A stretch of DNA of 60,459 bases, the filler included. It is 5 parts of 5 records of this genome, joined end to end, with 100 filler letters (N's around TTAATTAATTAA, not from the genome) between each part and the next. Parts side by side here need not be neighbours in the genome. Positions count along the whole stretch, not along the records: positions 14,155 to 45,249 come from SRR2962707_907; 4 more parts are not named here. One strand, given 5' to 3'. Each line of letters starts with the position of its first letter. The stretch's first letter is position 1. Position numbers and translations under genes: made by a program. Under the pieces are notes generated by a model. That model was not told the origin of the DNA, did no database searches, and worked only from the letters and a program-made list of their open reading frames with translations. This document shows positions 21,148-31,086 of the stretch, piece by piece.

Positions 21148-21170
21148 TATTAAATCTAATTGATTTAATA
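21148..21170. promoter_or_regulatory. Perfect 9-5-9 palindrome, candidate ROK operator
   Basis: TATTAAATC-taatt-GATTTAATA between the divergent ROK regulator and AGE gene. Confidence 0.7.
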
Positions 21171-21267
21171 CTAAAAGGCGCTAGTATGCCATGGTATTCT
21201 TTTATATTGATCCACAGACACCTAACAACAAAAAACCATTAATACACCATACCGCAAGGAAAACCCT

Positions 21268-22464
21268 ATGAGCCAATCTCCAGACTTCCGCTCAACCGCT
21301 TTCTTAGATCAGCACATTAAGTCGACGATGGACTTCTACCATCCAAACTGCATCGATCCTGAAGGTGGTTTCTTCCAGTTTTTCAAAGACAATGGCGACA
21401 TTTACGATCGTGACACCCGCCATCTAGTCAGCAGCACTCGCTTTGTATTCAACTACGCGAAAGCCTACCTTAACGAAGGTAAAAGCGAATATTTAGACGC
21501 CACACGACACGGCTTAGCGTATCTGCGCGAGCGCCATAAACGCGACAACGGTGGCTATGTTTGGCTGCTCAATAAAGACGAAAACCTAGACGAAACAAAC
21601 CACTGCTATGGTTTGGCGTTTGTACTACTCGCCTACTCCATTGCTTATAAAGCGGGTGTTGAAGAAGCCAAGCCGTGGATTGCTGAAACCTTCGAACTAA
21701 TGGAAAAGCATTTTTGGGACGCCAAGTTCGAATTGTACAAAGACGAAATTTCCGCTGATTGGCAGACTGTCTCTGAGTATCGTGGACAAAATGCCAATAT
21801 GCACAGCTGCGAAGCCCTTATTGCCGCTTTTGATGCCACTCAAGAGTCACACTACCTAGATCGCGCCTTGCTACTGGCGCAAAATGTTTGCCAACGCCAA
21901 GCCGCACTAGGCCAAGGCCAAATCTGGGAGCACTACACCACGCAGTGGGAAATTGACTGGGAATACAACAAAGAAGACCCTAAAAACCTGTTCCGTCCTT
22001 GGGGCTTCCAGCCAGGACACCAAACGGAATGGTCCAAATTGTTGCTGCTTATTCAACAACGCAAACCACAAGACTGGCTCGTGCCAAAGGCCGTGTCTCT
22101 CTTTGAACACGCTTGGTCTCAATCTTGGGATGCCGACAACGGTGGCCTGTGCTACGGCTACAACCCTGAAGGCGAAGTCTGTGACGGCGATAAGTACTTT
22201 TGGGTACAAGCTGAGTCATTTGCCGCGGCGGCCATGCTGGCGTTGGAAACAAAGGACGCGCTTTATTGGGAACGCTATGAGGCACTTTGGCAATACAGCT
22301 GGGATCACATGATTGATCATAAATTTGGGGCTTGGTTCCGAATTTTGCATCAAGACAATCGCGCCTATGACGATTGCAAAAGCCCAGCCGGAAAAACCGA
22401 TTACCATACCATGGGAGCCTGCTACGAAGTCATTGAGCAACTAAGCAGAACCACCGCAAACTAA
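21268..22464 (+). CDS. AGE-family (acylglucosamine 2-epimerase superfamily) isomerase, probable D-mannose isomerase
   Basis: RHLVSSTRF, HCYGLAF, YRGQNANMHSCEA, PGHQTEW, KYFWVQAE, GKTDYH. Confidence 0.85.
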   Translation: MSQSPDFRSTAFLDQHIKSTMDFYHPNCIDPEGGFFQFFKDNGDIYDRDTRHLVSSTRFVFNYAKAYLNEGKSEYLDATRHGLAYLRERHKRDNGGYVWLLNKDENLDETNHCYGLAFVLLAYSIAYKAGVEEAKPWIAETFELMEKHFWDAKFELYKDEISADWQTVSEYRGQNANMHSCEALIAAFDATQESHYLDRALLLAQNVCQRQAALGQGQIWEHYTTQWEIDWEYNKEDPKNLFRPWGFQPGHQTEWSKLLLLIQQRKPQDWLVPKAVSLFEHAWSQSWDADNGGLCYGYNPEGEVCDGDKYFWVQAESFAAAAMLALETKDALYWERYEALWQYSWDHMIDHKFGAWFRILHQDNRAYDDCKSPAGKTDYHTMGACYEVIEQLSRTTAN

Positions 22465-22545
22465 CGCTAATATTGGGGTTCATCGTTCTAATCATTGGGA
22501 AAATGCAGTATGATGCAGCCCAATGCTAATCGACATGAGCCCCTT

Positions 22546-23499
22546 ATGCAGTTAGATAAAATAGATCTCAACTTACTTCGTTATTTAGACTCCCTGTTAC
22601 GAGAACAAAACGTTACTCACGCAGCAAACCAATTAGGTATTACCCAGCCTGCCATGAGTAATGGCCTACGACGATTAAGAGATCTATTTCACGATCCATT
22701 ATTGGTTCGTACTAGCGATGGCATGATGCCAACGGCGCTCTCTATTCAGCTGCAACCTCGCGTTCAGCGGATCTTGCAATCTGTTGATGAAGTACTGCAC
22801 CTTGGTCAAAACTTCGAAGCCGAATCCAGCTCCCGTGTGTTTCGCATCATGGCCAGTGATTACGCCGAAGCCACTCTGATCCCTCCCCTAATGAAAAAGC
22901 TGCAAAGCGACGCGCCTAGCGTGATTTTAGACGTCATGAACCCTAGCGATGTCAGTTTTCACGATGTCGAAAAGGGCAAGGTCGATTTGGTGATTAACCG
23001 CTTTGAAACACTGCCTCAGTCGTTTCACCAAAAATCCGTCTGGGTAGATCGCTTCTCTTGTTTGGTGCCAGCGAATTCAGACATTGCGAAAAACTTCACC
23101 CTAGAAACCTACCTTGCTTCCCCTCACGTGTGGGTCAGTAAAACAGGCTTTGGTGTTGGTGTTGGCATTCAACCAGAAGAAGTGCAAAAGCTGGGCTGGG
23201 TCGACAGTTCATTAGCCGATCTTGGGCATAAGCGAAACATTCGCTTGTTTACGCGAAACTACAATGTGGCGATGCGAGCAACAGAGCAACTAGGCCTGAT
23301 CGCTACCTTACCGTCTTTGGCGACAAAATTGATGGAAGGCAATAATAATGTCATCGTCCTGCCGCCACCGTTTGAAATTCCGCCAGTTGAACTGAAAATG
23401 CTGTGGAGCCCTCTGCTGCAACACGATCCTGGCCACATCTGGTTACGATCCACGATTGCGGGCTGTGCTCGGGCAATTGCTGAAAACAATAGCCTATAA
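22546..23499 (+). CDS. LysR-family transcriptional regulator
   Basis: IDLNLLRYLD..NVTHAANQLGITQPAMSNGLRRLR; start could be 22510. Confidence 0.92.
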   Translation: MQLDKIDLNLLRYLDSLLREQNVTHAANQLGITQPAMSNGLRRLRDLFHDPLLVRTSDGMMPTALSIQLQPRVQRILQSVDEVLHLGQNFEAESSSRVFRIMASDYAEATLIPPLMKKLQSDAPSVILDVMNPSDVSFHDVEKGKVDLVINRFETLPQSFHQKSVWVDRFSCLVPANSDIAKNFTLETYLASPHVWVSKTGFGVGVGIQPEEVQKLGWVDSSLADLGHKRNIRLFTRNYNVAMRATEQLGLIATLPSLATKLMEGNNNVIVLPPPFEIPPVELKMLWSPLLQHDPGHIWLRSTIAGCARAIAENNSL

Positions 23500-23519
23500 A
23501 CCAGATCCGTTCACTGTAC

Positions 23520-23558
23520 GACACAAAAAAACGAGCGCTTGGCTCGTTTTTTTGTGTC
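23520..23558. terminator. Bidirectional intrinsic terminator
   Basis: GACACAAAAAAACGAGC-gcttg-GCTCGTTTTTTTGTGTC between convergent genes. Confidence 0.88.
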
Positions 23559-23587
23559 TTCTCATCGCTCTACTGAGCCATCAGAAA

Positions 23588-24220
23588 CTAAAGCTCATTG
23601 AGTTTTCTTTCCGCATCTTCTAAAGACGACGCCGTTACATCAAGGTCGGTAATATGACCATTATTAATGCTGTAACACCAACCGTGAACGTGCAGGTCTT
23701 GACCATTTTTCCACGCATTTTGAACTATGCTACTTTGCGAAACATGAGACACCTGCTCCATCACATTAAGCTCACACATGCGATCAAAACGCTGATGATC
23801 GTCTTCAATACCGTCGACTTCTTTCTTATGCAGACGGTACACGTCTTTAATATGGCGCAGCCAGTTATCAATCAAGCCGTGCTCATCCGCGTCCATTGCC
23901 GCTTTAATACCACCACAGCCGTAATGCCCTACTACCATGATGTGCTTCACTTTCAACACATCCACAGCAAATTGAATAACGGACAAACAGTTCAGGTCCG
24001 TATGCACAACGACGTTGGCGATATTGCGGTGAACAAACACTTCACCTGGCATTAAATCAACAATTTGGTTCGCCGGTACACGACTGTCCGCACAGCCAAT
24101 CCATAAATATTCTGGTCTTTGCTGCTTGGACAGCGTTTCAAAGAAATCTGGATCTTCACTGTTTACTTTTTCAGCCCACTCTCTGTTTTTCTGAAAAAGA
24201 TGACTCAAACTATTTGGCAT
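23588..24220 (-). CDS. can: Beta-class carbonic anhydrase
   Basis: WIGCADSRVP, FVHRNIAN, GHYGCGG. Confidence 0.95.
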   Translation of the reverse strand: MPNSLSHLFQKNREWAEKVNSEDPDFFETLSKQQRPEYLWIGCADSRVPANQIVDLMPGEVFVHRNIANVVVHTDLNCLSVIQFAVDVLKVKHIMVVGHYGCGGIKAAMDADEHGLIDNWLRHIKDVYRLHKKEVDGIEDDHQRFDRMCELNVMEQVSHVSQSSIVQNAWKNGQDLHVHGWCYSINNGHITDLDVTASSLEDAERKLNEL

Positions 24221-25073
24221 TATGATCTTCCTCTGTCGTCTTTTGATACCAACGAAAATTTACATGTGCAGTTAAATTAATGGTGTTCAATTGTTTTACC
24301 GCTTCTTTGCCATCATAGGAGGCTTTGTGTATATGCGGTGTCATGCATAAAAGATGCTGTATTTCCTCTTGAGAGTCCAATCTGAATGGATAATGAAGAG
24401 AACTTTCATTGATCAATTCAAACCCTTCAATACCGTCACTGTGGGTCGCTTTATAAGGGTGAATACTCGGGTATAAGATCTGACGCAATTCCAATAAATG
24501 ATCCGCCCCTGATTCTACAAGGAGCAGGTAGCCCTTATCGGACAGGGTGCGAGCAAACTCACTAAAGACCGGAAAGCCAAATAAACACAACACCACATCC
24601 AAACAATCATTCGGCATCGGTAAACTGGCATTACTGCCCACAATCCAGGTCGCATCTTTATCGCGCTTGCTGGCGGCGGTGACCGCCCACTTGGAAATGT
24701 CTAACCCCACTCTCTGCAAGGCAACATTGCGCTTGGCAAATTCAGCAGCCAAATGGTGTAAGTAGTAGCCTTCACCACAACCGGCGTCTAATACACGGCA
24801 AGGTGAGCTATCAATAAGGGCGCTAGGCCATTGATCGATAATATGTTTTACGATGGGGAAATAGTGATCAAGATTCAGAAAAGACTGTCGGTAAGACACC
24901 ATTTCCTTACTGTCACCAGGGTCTTTGGAGCGTTTATTTTGGACAGGTAATAAGTTGATATAACCAGATTTGGCAATGTCAAAAGAGTGCCCATTGGAAC
25001 AAACCAAACTGCGCTCTTGTGAGCTCAGTGGTTGTTTATCAATCGGGCAGGAAAGGTGTTCAAACGTTGGCAC
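24210..25073 (-). CDS. rlmA: RlmA-like 23S rRNA m1G methyltransferase
   Basis: CPID..C.NGHSFD Zn finger, PGDSKEMV, LDAGCGEGYY. Confidence 0.8.
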   Translation of the reverse strand: MPTFEHLSCPIDKQPLSSQERSLVCSNGHSFDIAKSGYINLLPVQNKRSKDPGDSKEMVSYRQSFLNLDHYFPIVKHIIDQWPSALIDSSPCRVLDAGCGEGYYLHHLAAEFAKRNVALQRVGLDISKWAVTAASKRDKDATWIVGSNASLPMPNDCLDVVLCLFGFPVFSEFARTLSDKGYLLLVESGADHLLELRQILYPSIHPYKATHSDGIEGFELINESSLHYPFRLDSQEEIQHLLCMTPHIHKASYDGKEAVKQLNTINLTAHVNFRWYQKTTEEDHNAK

Positions 25074-25207
25074 AATGTTTCCGCTGAAGATAATTTTGTG
25101 TTTAGTTTATGAGGATATCCCTCTATAAACAAGTTAACTCGCGCCGAGAGAAACAAAAGCGCAAAAATAGATGGGTATTTTTCAGATTCGATACAGAATA
25201 TTGCCAA

Positions 25208-27229
25208 TTAATGTACCGCTAACAGCGTTGTTTGCCCCATCAAATGGCTGTCCATATAGACAGAAAAATCACTATTATTCATCGGTCGAGCAAAAAAGTA
25301 GCCTTGCACTTCTTCGCAATGATAGCCATTTAGCACCTCTACTTGGGAGTGATTTTCGACCCCTTCGGCGATCACTTTTAAATTCAAGCTATTGGCCATC
25401 GCTATGGTCGCTTTGACAATGGCATCATCGTCATTATCAAAGCCTAAATCATTCACAAAAGAACGGTCTATTTTTAGCGTTTGGATAGGGAATTTTTTGA
25501 GATACGCCAAAGACGAATACCCAGTACCAAAATCATCAATGGATAAGGTTAAACCTAATGCTCTAAAAGCATGCAGTTTTTCGACTGTTTGCTGAGCATC
25601 CGCCATCAACATACTTTCGGTTAATTCTAACTCTAGGTAACGTGAATCAACGCCGGTTTCTTCTAAAATTTGACTGACCATTTCCACCAGATCAGACTGC
25701 ATAAACTGTCGACCCGATAAATTCACCGACAAACTAATAGGAGGATAACCCTGTTCGCGCCACTCTTTTAATTGATAACAGGCACGTCGAATCACCCATT
25801 CACCCAATGGCAAAATCAAACCACTCTCTTCAGCCAAAGGAATAAATTGGTCGGGACTAATCATGCCAAGTTCAGGATGCATCCAGCGGATCAGCGCTTC
25901 AGCGCCCACCGTGGCTTTATCAGACAAACGAATTTTAGGCTGGTAAAAAAGCTCAAACTGCTCTTCCTCTATGGCTTTACGCAAACCGCCACCCAATGTT
26001 AGGTGCGCTCGGATGGTATCGGCCATCGCGGCGTCATAAATACAGTAAGAATTGTGTGAAATGGATTTTGCGCGATACATAGCCGCATCGGCATTTTTAA
26101 GTAGGTTATCTATGCTTTCACCATGCTCAGGGTAGCAGGTGATACCAATGCTCGCGGTAATCATCATTTCCATTTTAGACACAGGATAAGGCTTGATGGA
26201 ATGCTTTATCACGGTGTCAGCAATGGCTGTCAACTCTTCCATTCCTGTTGCGTGCTCTTGGACAATCACAAACTCGTCGCCGCCTAAGCGATATAAACAC
26301 GCCGATTGTGGAATTGTGCTTTTAATCCGCTCCGCCACTTGCTGGATTAATTCATCCCCAACTCTATGGCTGAAGGTGTCATTAACCACTTTAAAACCAT
26401 CTAGATCCAGCGATAAAACGCCAAATTTAAGGCCTCTTTTTCGCGCATTCACCAACGCCCTTTCAAGCTGACTATAAAGTAGGTTGCGGTTGGGCAATTG
26501 AGTTAATGGATCGTAATTATTCAATTTATAAAGGACGATTTCATGGTCCCTTTCTTCTTGAATATCGTGCGCTAAAAAGAACACTCGATCGCTCGATGCT
26601 TGATAACACACTTCTATTTGATGCCAACGCACCCCTCGCAGAGTCGATAAACGAATCTCTTGGGTCAACAATGACTTGTTCGACAGCATATCTATCATGC
26701 TATGCGCTGCACTTGAGACCACAAACAGCTCTTCTATTTTTTCGACGCGACCAAAGCGCGAAGAAAAGCTGTCGTTCATTTCAACACTGACGCCTTTGCC
26801 GTCAAAAACCGCCATAGGCAAGGTATTAAAGCATTGAACCATATCGAAAGAAGAGCACGTCATTCCAGACACACGGTCAACCACAGCGGTATCATTCACC
26901 GCTAAAGACTGCACCTTAACGGACACCCCTTTATGGTTTCCCCCTAGAGAAATCAAGGTTCCAATGCAATTCACACGCTCTTGTCCGGTGTCAGAACAAG
27001 GCCATATAAACTGCAAAGAGGCACCATCTGATTGGCTTTTTGCGAAATTTTGGAGGCGAAGTAAAAGGCTTTCGTCAATGCTAAACAAGGATAGGTCGTC
27101 GCCATTGAAAAAGTGACTAAATAACCATTTAGCCTCTTTATTACTCCATGAAATACTAGCTCTCTCAATATCAACAACCCAAGTGGACTGACTGATCTTA
27201 GGGCTTAATATATTAGGACGTTCTATCAT
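25208..27229 (-). CDS. GGDEF-EAL c-di-GMP signalling protein with PAS-like N-terminus
   Basis: DPLTQLPNR, GGDEF, EAL, DDFGTGYSS, EGVE. Confidence 0.95.
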   Translation of the reverse strand: MIERPNILSPKISQSTWVVDIERASISWSNKEAKWLFSHFFNGDDLSLFSIDESLLLRLQNFAKSQSDGASLQFIWPCSDTGQERVNCIGTLISLGGNHKGVSVKVQSLAVNDTAVVDRVSGMTCSSFDMVQCFNTLPMAVFDGKGVSVEMNDSFSSRFGRVEKIEELFVVSSAAHSMIDMLSNKSLLTQEIRLSTLRGVRWHQIEVCYQASSDRVFFLAHDIQEERDHEIVLYKLNNYDPLTQLPNRNLLYSQLERALVNARKRGLKFGVLSLDLDGFKVVNDTFSHRVGDELIQQVAERIKSTIPQSACLYRLGGDEFVIVQEHATGMEELTAIADTVIKHSIKPYPVSKMEMMITASIGITCYPEHGESIDNLLKNADAAMYRAKSISHNSYCIYDAAMADTIRAHLTLGGGLRKAIEEEQFELFYQPKIRLSDKATVGAEALIRWMHPELGMISPDQFIPLAEESGLILPLGEWVIRRACYQLKEWREQGYPPISLSVNLSGRQFMQSDLVEMVSQILEETGVDSRYLELELTESMLMADAQQTVEKLHAFRALGLTLSIDDFGTGYSSLAYLKKFPIQTLKIDRSFVNDLGFDNDDDAIVKATIAMANSLNLKVIAEGVENHSQVEVLNGYHCEEVQGYFFARPMNNSDFSVYMDSHLMGQTTLLAVH

Positions 27230-27275
27230 TCGATATTATTCTACTGCAATAAAAAGACGTGTTTGGAGCACTAGA

Positions 27276-28127
27276 TTACCACGTATCAGGAACAACAAAG
27301 ACACTATATTTCGTGGTCGACTGAATATTTTTAGCGTCTTGGGAGAAACACAGGTACTGTGGGCGAGAATCATTATTAAAGCCCTCAAGCCAGCGTTTAA
27401 TGCACGCTGCGTTGAAGACCTCATAAGCATTCTGGAATCCAGATAAAGAGAGCCAATGGGGCTTTTCTACCGCCCTAACAGAAGAAAACTGTGTCAGTAA
27501 TGAGGGGGCATTTGAGGCATAAACCCAACCGCCAAAGCCACTATCATTCATCAAGCCCAACGCGTTCTTGCTTGCGTTTAAAGACAAAAACAAGCGACCA
27601 TAAATCAATAAACAGGGCCTAATCGGTCGCCCTTTGATCACTGACTGGCATTGTTTTTTCGCGCTATCTGTCTCTAAAATCGTCAGCTGATGCGCCCTAG
27701 CCCGCGATACTTTCTTGTGTAGGCTGTCATTTTTATTCGGCCCTATCCAATGCTCTGGATAAAGATCCGGACGCTCCAAATAAAACTTAATGGCAATTTC
27801 AAATTGCAATAAATCCCCGTCAGGAGTCTCCACCAGCATATCCACTTCGCCCAAGGTTTTCCCTTGATCTACTATTTGCTCATGCTCCAGAAGCACCTTT
27901 AAGGTTGAAAAATGCTGTATCGCAAACGAAAACAACACCTCGAAGTAACTTCCTAAAAAGTGGGATTTACAGGCTGCTACGGCCTCTTCAAGAGGACGCG
28001 GGTTAGCGGATAAGGCTTGTAAACTCTGCGACCAGTCTCCATGCCAATAAACCGACAGATCAAGATCGCTTTCAATAAGGTGACCTTCCATCAGCCACCG
28101 TAAGTCGTTTACATAAGGAGACGACAT
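27276..28127 (-). CDS. DUF1853 family protein
   Basis: LGSYFE, TLGEVD, EIAIKFYL, WIGPN..D. Confidence 0.85.
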   Translation of the reverse strand: MSSPYVNDLRWLMEGHLIESDLDLSVYWHGDWSQSLQALSANPRPLEEAVAACKSHFLGSYFEVLFSFAIQHFSTLKVLLEHEQIVDQGKTLGEVDMLVETPDGDLLQFEIAIKFYLERPDLYPEHWIGPNKNDSLHKKVSRARAHQLTILETDSAKKQCQSVIKGRPIRPCLLIYGRLFLSLNASKNALGLMNDSGFGGWVYASNAPSLLTQFSSVRAVEKPHWLSLSGFQNAYEVFNAACIKRWLEGFNNDSRPQYLCFSQDAKNIQSTTKYSVFVVPDTW

Positions 28128-28472
28128 CTATTGACTCTTGCCATTCAAATGCGCATCAATACGATCCAAGGCAGCCACAATATTGGCCACATGATGGGCA
28201 GGGTAAGCGCTAAAAGCGTCCGCGGCCATCGGCGATATATGACACCGTGTCGGCAGGGCTGCGCCCTCCTCTAACATCTGCTTAAAACGCGCCATCATGA
28301 CAAACCTCAGCCACTGAGCAAAGCTCATGGTATCAATACAAAATGGCGCCACACTCGCCAGCGCCTCTTCGCTCGGCGGCTCACACTCCCAAGCGCCACA
28401 TTCTCTTAACGCCATTTCCAAATCCATTAACCTATCCGCCAGAAGATAATGTTTTTCGAACCGACTATTCAA
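28128..28472 (-). CDS. yqcC: YqcC family protein
   Basis: W...PPSEEALAS..PFCIDTMSFAQWL. Confidence 0.88.
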   Translation of the reverse strand: MNSRFEKHYLLADRLMDLEMALRECGAWECEPPSEEALASVAPFCIDTMSFAQWLRFVMMARFKQMLEEGAALPTRCHISPMAADAFSAYPAHHVANIVAALDRIDAHLNGKSQ

Positions 28473-28573
28473 CCTGATTTCTCCTGTAAAAAACGGTAAT
28501 ATGGCACCATATTTCGTTTATCATCGCCGTTTTAAAAGGCGCTAACACAATTCAAATGAGTCTGTAATTTACC

Positions 28574-29647
28574 ATGAAAAACATTGAATCGCTTTGCGAT
28601 CTTTTTGATATGGTTGGCTGTGATGCCACCTTTTACGATCTTGGCCGCCACATTACAAAAATCACACCGCAACAAGTCATTCAATTTGACCGAAAACAAC
28701 AAGCCTATCCTTTTCCTTTTCGCCAATGCGCTTGGCTTGCTTGTTTTTTAAAAAGCAAAGACAGCCAAAAGAAAGACGCCCGCGACACCGGTGTTGTGTG
28801 GTTTATTAAACTGCCTTTGGACGAAGCAGGCTGCCTAAATCTAGGCACTCGAGATCATTTTATTAAATCCATTGTCGATAAAATCCTTCACAAAGGCGAG
28901 GCCGCGGGACTGTCTGAGGCGCTCGAAGATAACCCGTATGTTTTCAAACCTGATCAAGAACGTATGGCCAGTTTTCACGCCATTCTTGCGACCAATGTAA
29001 ACGGTGAAAGATCCGTATACTTTCAAGATGTCATCGACTATTTAACCAATACAGCCTTAACAGAAGATCAAGATGAGTGGCAAAAGCTTGGCCTACAAGG
29101 CATCGCTGAATTGGCCGTCAAGGTGAACGAAGAAAACTTTGCGACGCTGATCCTAAAAGCCATCAAGCAGGCTCCAGCCCCATTAGTTAGCGCGCTTTGC
29201 CATGCTCTCGAGCACGAAACCTTACCAAATGAATTAATCTCTGCCATTACTGAGAAGCTACTTCAAGAGCAAGACAGTTTAATGCAAGCAAGCTACCTTC
29301 GTGCCTTGTCACGCTCAGAATTAGACGACGCGTTATTGCTGCCGTTGTTTGCCATATTGGGCAGCGTCAACGAATGCTCCGATGAGCAAACACACCCGAT
29401 TGCAGCACTGGCGGCGAAATGCCCCCATTGGCTAGCCAAGAACCCCCAGCTATTGAGAATCGTGATGGAGAAACTGGCGCATCGAAATGACGCTTATGTG
29501 GCATTTAGACAGGTTTCCAGTGAGCTTAGCCAGCATCCTGAAACACGACAACCATTATGGGATTTATTCAGAAGTGAACGTATTAGCCCAAGCTTAGCGC
29601 AGGCAATCAGTCATTTATTCACACAGACGCCAACGTCCGTGCAGTAA
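28574..29647 (+). CDS. DUF3549 family protein
   Basis: YDLGR, YPFP, WFIKLPLDE.G.L, NPYVFKP, WQ.LGLQGIA. Confidence 0.85.
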   Translation: MKNIESLCDLFDMVGCDATFYDLGRHITKITPQQVIQFDRKQQAYPFPFRQCAWLACFLKSKDSQKKDARDTGVVWFIKLPLDEAGCLNLGTRDHFIKSIVDKILHKGEAAGLSEALEDNPYVFKPDQERMASFHAILATNVNGERSVYFQDVIDYLTNTALTEDQDEWQKLGLQGIAELAVKVNEENFATLILKAIKQAPAPLVSALCHALEHETLPNELISAITEKLLQEQDSLMQASYLRALSRSELDDALLLPLFAILGSVNECSDEQTHPIAALAAKCPHWLAKNPQLLRIVMEKLAHRNDAYVAFRQVSSELSQHPETRQPLWDLFRSERISPSLAQAISHLFTQTPTSVQ

Positions 29648-29688
29648 CCAAACATGGCCAATGGCGATCCGTTGCAGTTGGCCATTAT

Positions 29689-29949
29689 TTAGTGGTGAGT
29701 GACTTGGCTTTTGCGCATTGAACGCATCTCTTTACGATGCTCAACAAACGCCTCACTTAATAGATAGTCACCTTGCTCGGTGCATTCTAAAGCCCCTCGA
29801 TTTACCAAAGCTTCCAATGTTTTGGGCAAAACTTTTTGACGCTTATCCCCCTTCACAAAATAAAATTGCTCATCTAACTGAACAATTTCAAACCCTGACT
29901 CTAAAAAGCCGACACATAGATTCTGAGTTGGCGTTAATTTGAGCTTCAT
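29689..29949 (-). CDS. Hypothetical protein, 86 aa
   Basis: Clean ORF with GGGGAG RBS; no recognised motif. Confidence 0.65.
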   Translation of the reverse strand: MKLKLTPTQNLCVGFLESGFEIVQLDEQFYFVKGDKRQKVLPKTLEALVNRGALECTEQGDYLLSEAFVEHRKEMRSMRKSQVTHH

Positions 29950-30090
29950 AGTTCTCCCCTCATAGCCGTCTCTATTTAGAATGCTTCCGCTTAACTATAG
30001 TCAATAATCGATAGAACAAAAAGCGAGCAGGAGAAAATCAATAAAGAGCCCTCTCTCTTTCACACGGACCTAGGCTGACTGTGGGCCAAT

Positions 30091-30124
30091 AAAAAAGGGA
30101 AGACAAAAATGCCTTCCCTTTTTT
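30091..30124 (-). terminator. Intrinsic terminator after purU
   Basis: AAAAAAGGGAAG..CTTCCCTTTTTT. Confidence 0.75.
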
Positions 30125-30140
30125 GCAGATCCATCCCTTG

Positions 30141-30998
30141 CTAGTCAGCAAATACGATCGTTTTATTACCGTGTACCAGTACTCTGTCTTCTAGGTGATA
30201 ACGCAAGCCTCGTGACAACACAAGCTTCTCGATGTCTTTACCAAGACGCACCATGTCCGCAGCCGCATGACTATGACGAACACGAATTACATCCTGCTCA
30301 ATAATCGGCCCAGCGTCCAAATCGGCGGTCACATAATGACAGGTCGCACCGATCAATTTAACACCGCGTACAGCGGCTTGATGATAAGGTTTGGCACCAA
30401 TAAACGACGGCAAGAAACTGTGATGAATATTGATCACCCTATGACGGTACTTCTTGCACAAGTATTCTGGGAAAATCTGCATATAACGCGCCAAGACAAT
30501 CGTGTCGGCCTGAGCATTATCGATGCAAGCTTCAATTTCTTGGAACGCCGGCATTTTATTGTCTTTCGGCACTGAAATGCAGTGATAAGGGATCTTATAC
30601 CACTCCACCATAGAGCGCAGCGACTCATGATTGGCAATAACACCAACAATGTCGCAGTTTAACTCACCAGTGTGCCAACGGTGCATGATGTCGTTTAAGC
30701 AATGGGATTCTTTGGTTGCCAACAGCATCACTTTAGGGCGATCTTCACTGTCTTTGACGTACCAGCGCATATCAAACTCTTCCGCAATCGCCGCGAACTC
30801 TTCACGAAAAGTCGCCACATCAACAGACAAGCTTTGTGCATCTATGTCATGGCGCATAAAGAACCATTTTGACTCTAGATCGGTATGATGACTGGCTTCA
30901 ACAATCGAGCCTTCGCGCTCCTTAATAAACTGAGAAACGGCTGACACAATCCCAGTACGGTCTGGGCAACTAATAACAAGACGAAATGTTTTTCTCAT
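30141..30998 (-). CDS. purU: Formyltetrahydrofolate deformylase
   Basis: SCPDRTGIV ACT domain, VLARYMQI, INIHHSFLP, GATCHYVT.DLDAGPIIEQ. Confidence 0.96.
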   Translation of the reverse strand: MRKTFRLVISCPDRTGIVSAVSQFIKEREGSIVEASHHTDLESKWFFMRHDIDAQSLSVDVATFREEFAAIAEEFDMRWYVKDSEDRPKVMLLATKESHCLNDIMHRWHTGELNCDIVGVIANHESLRSMVEWYKIPYHCISVPKDNKMPAFQEIEACIDNAQADTIVLARYMQIFPEYLCKKYRHRVINIHHSFLPSFIGAKPYHQAAVRGVKLIGATCHYVTADLDAGPIIEQDVIRVRHSHAAADMVRLGKDIEKLVLSRGLRYHLEDRVLVHGNKTIVFAD

Positions 30999-31086
30999 TT
31001 TAAAAACTTATAAACCTATACAATTCAATATATTAGAAATACATATTTGTTAATTAGATTCAGCCTTAACACTAGGCTGAATCACT

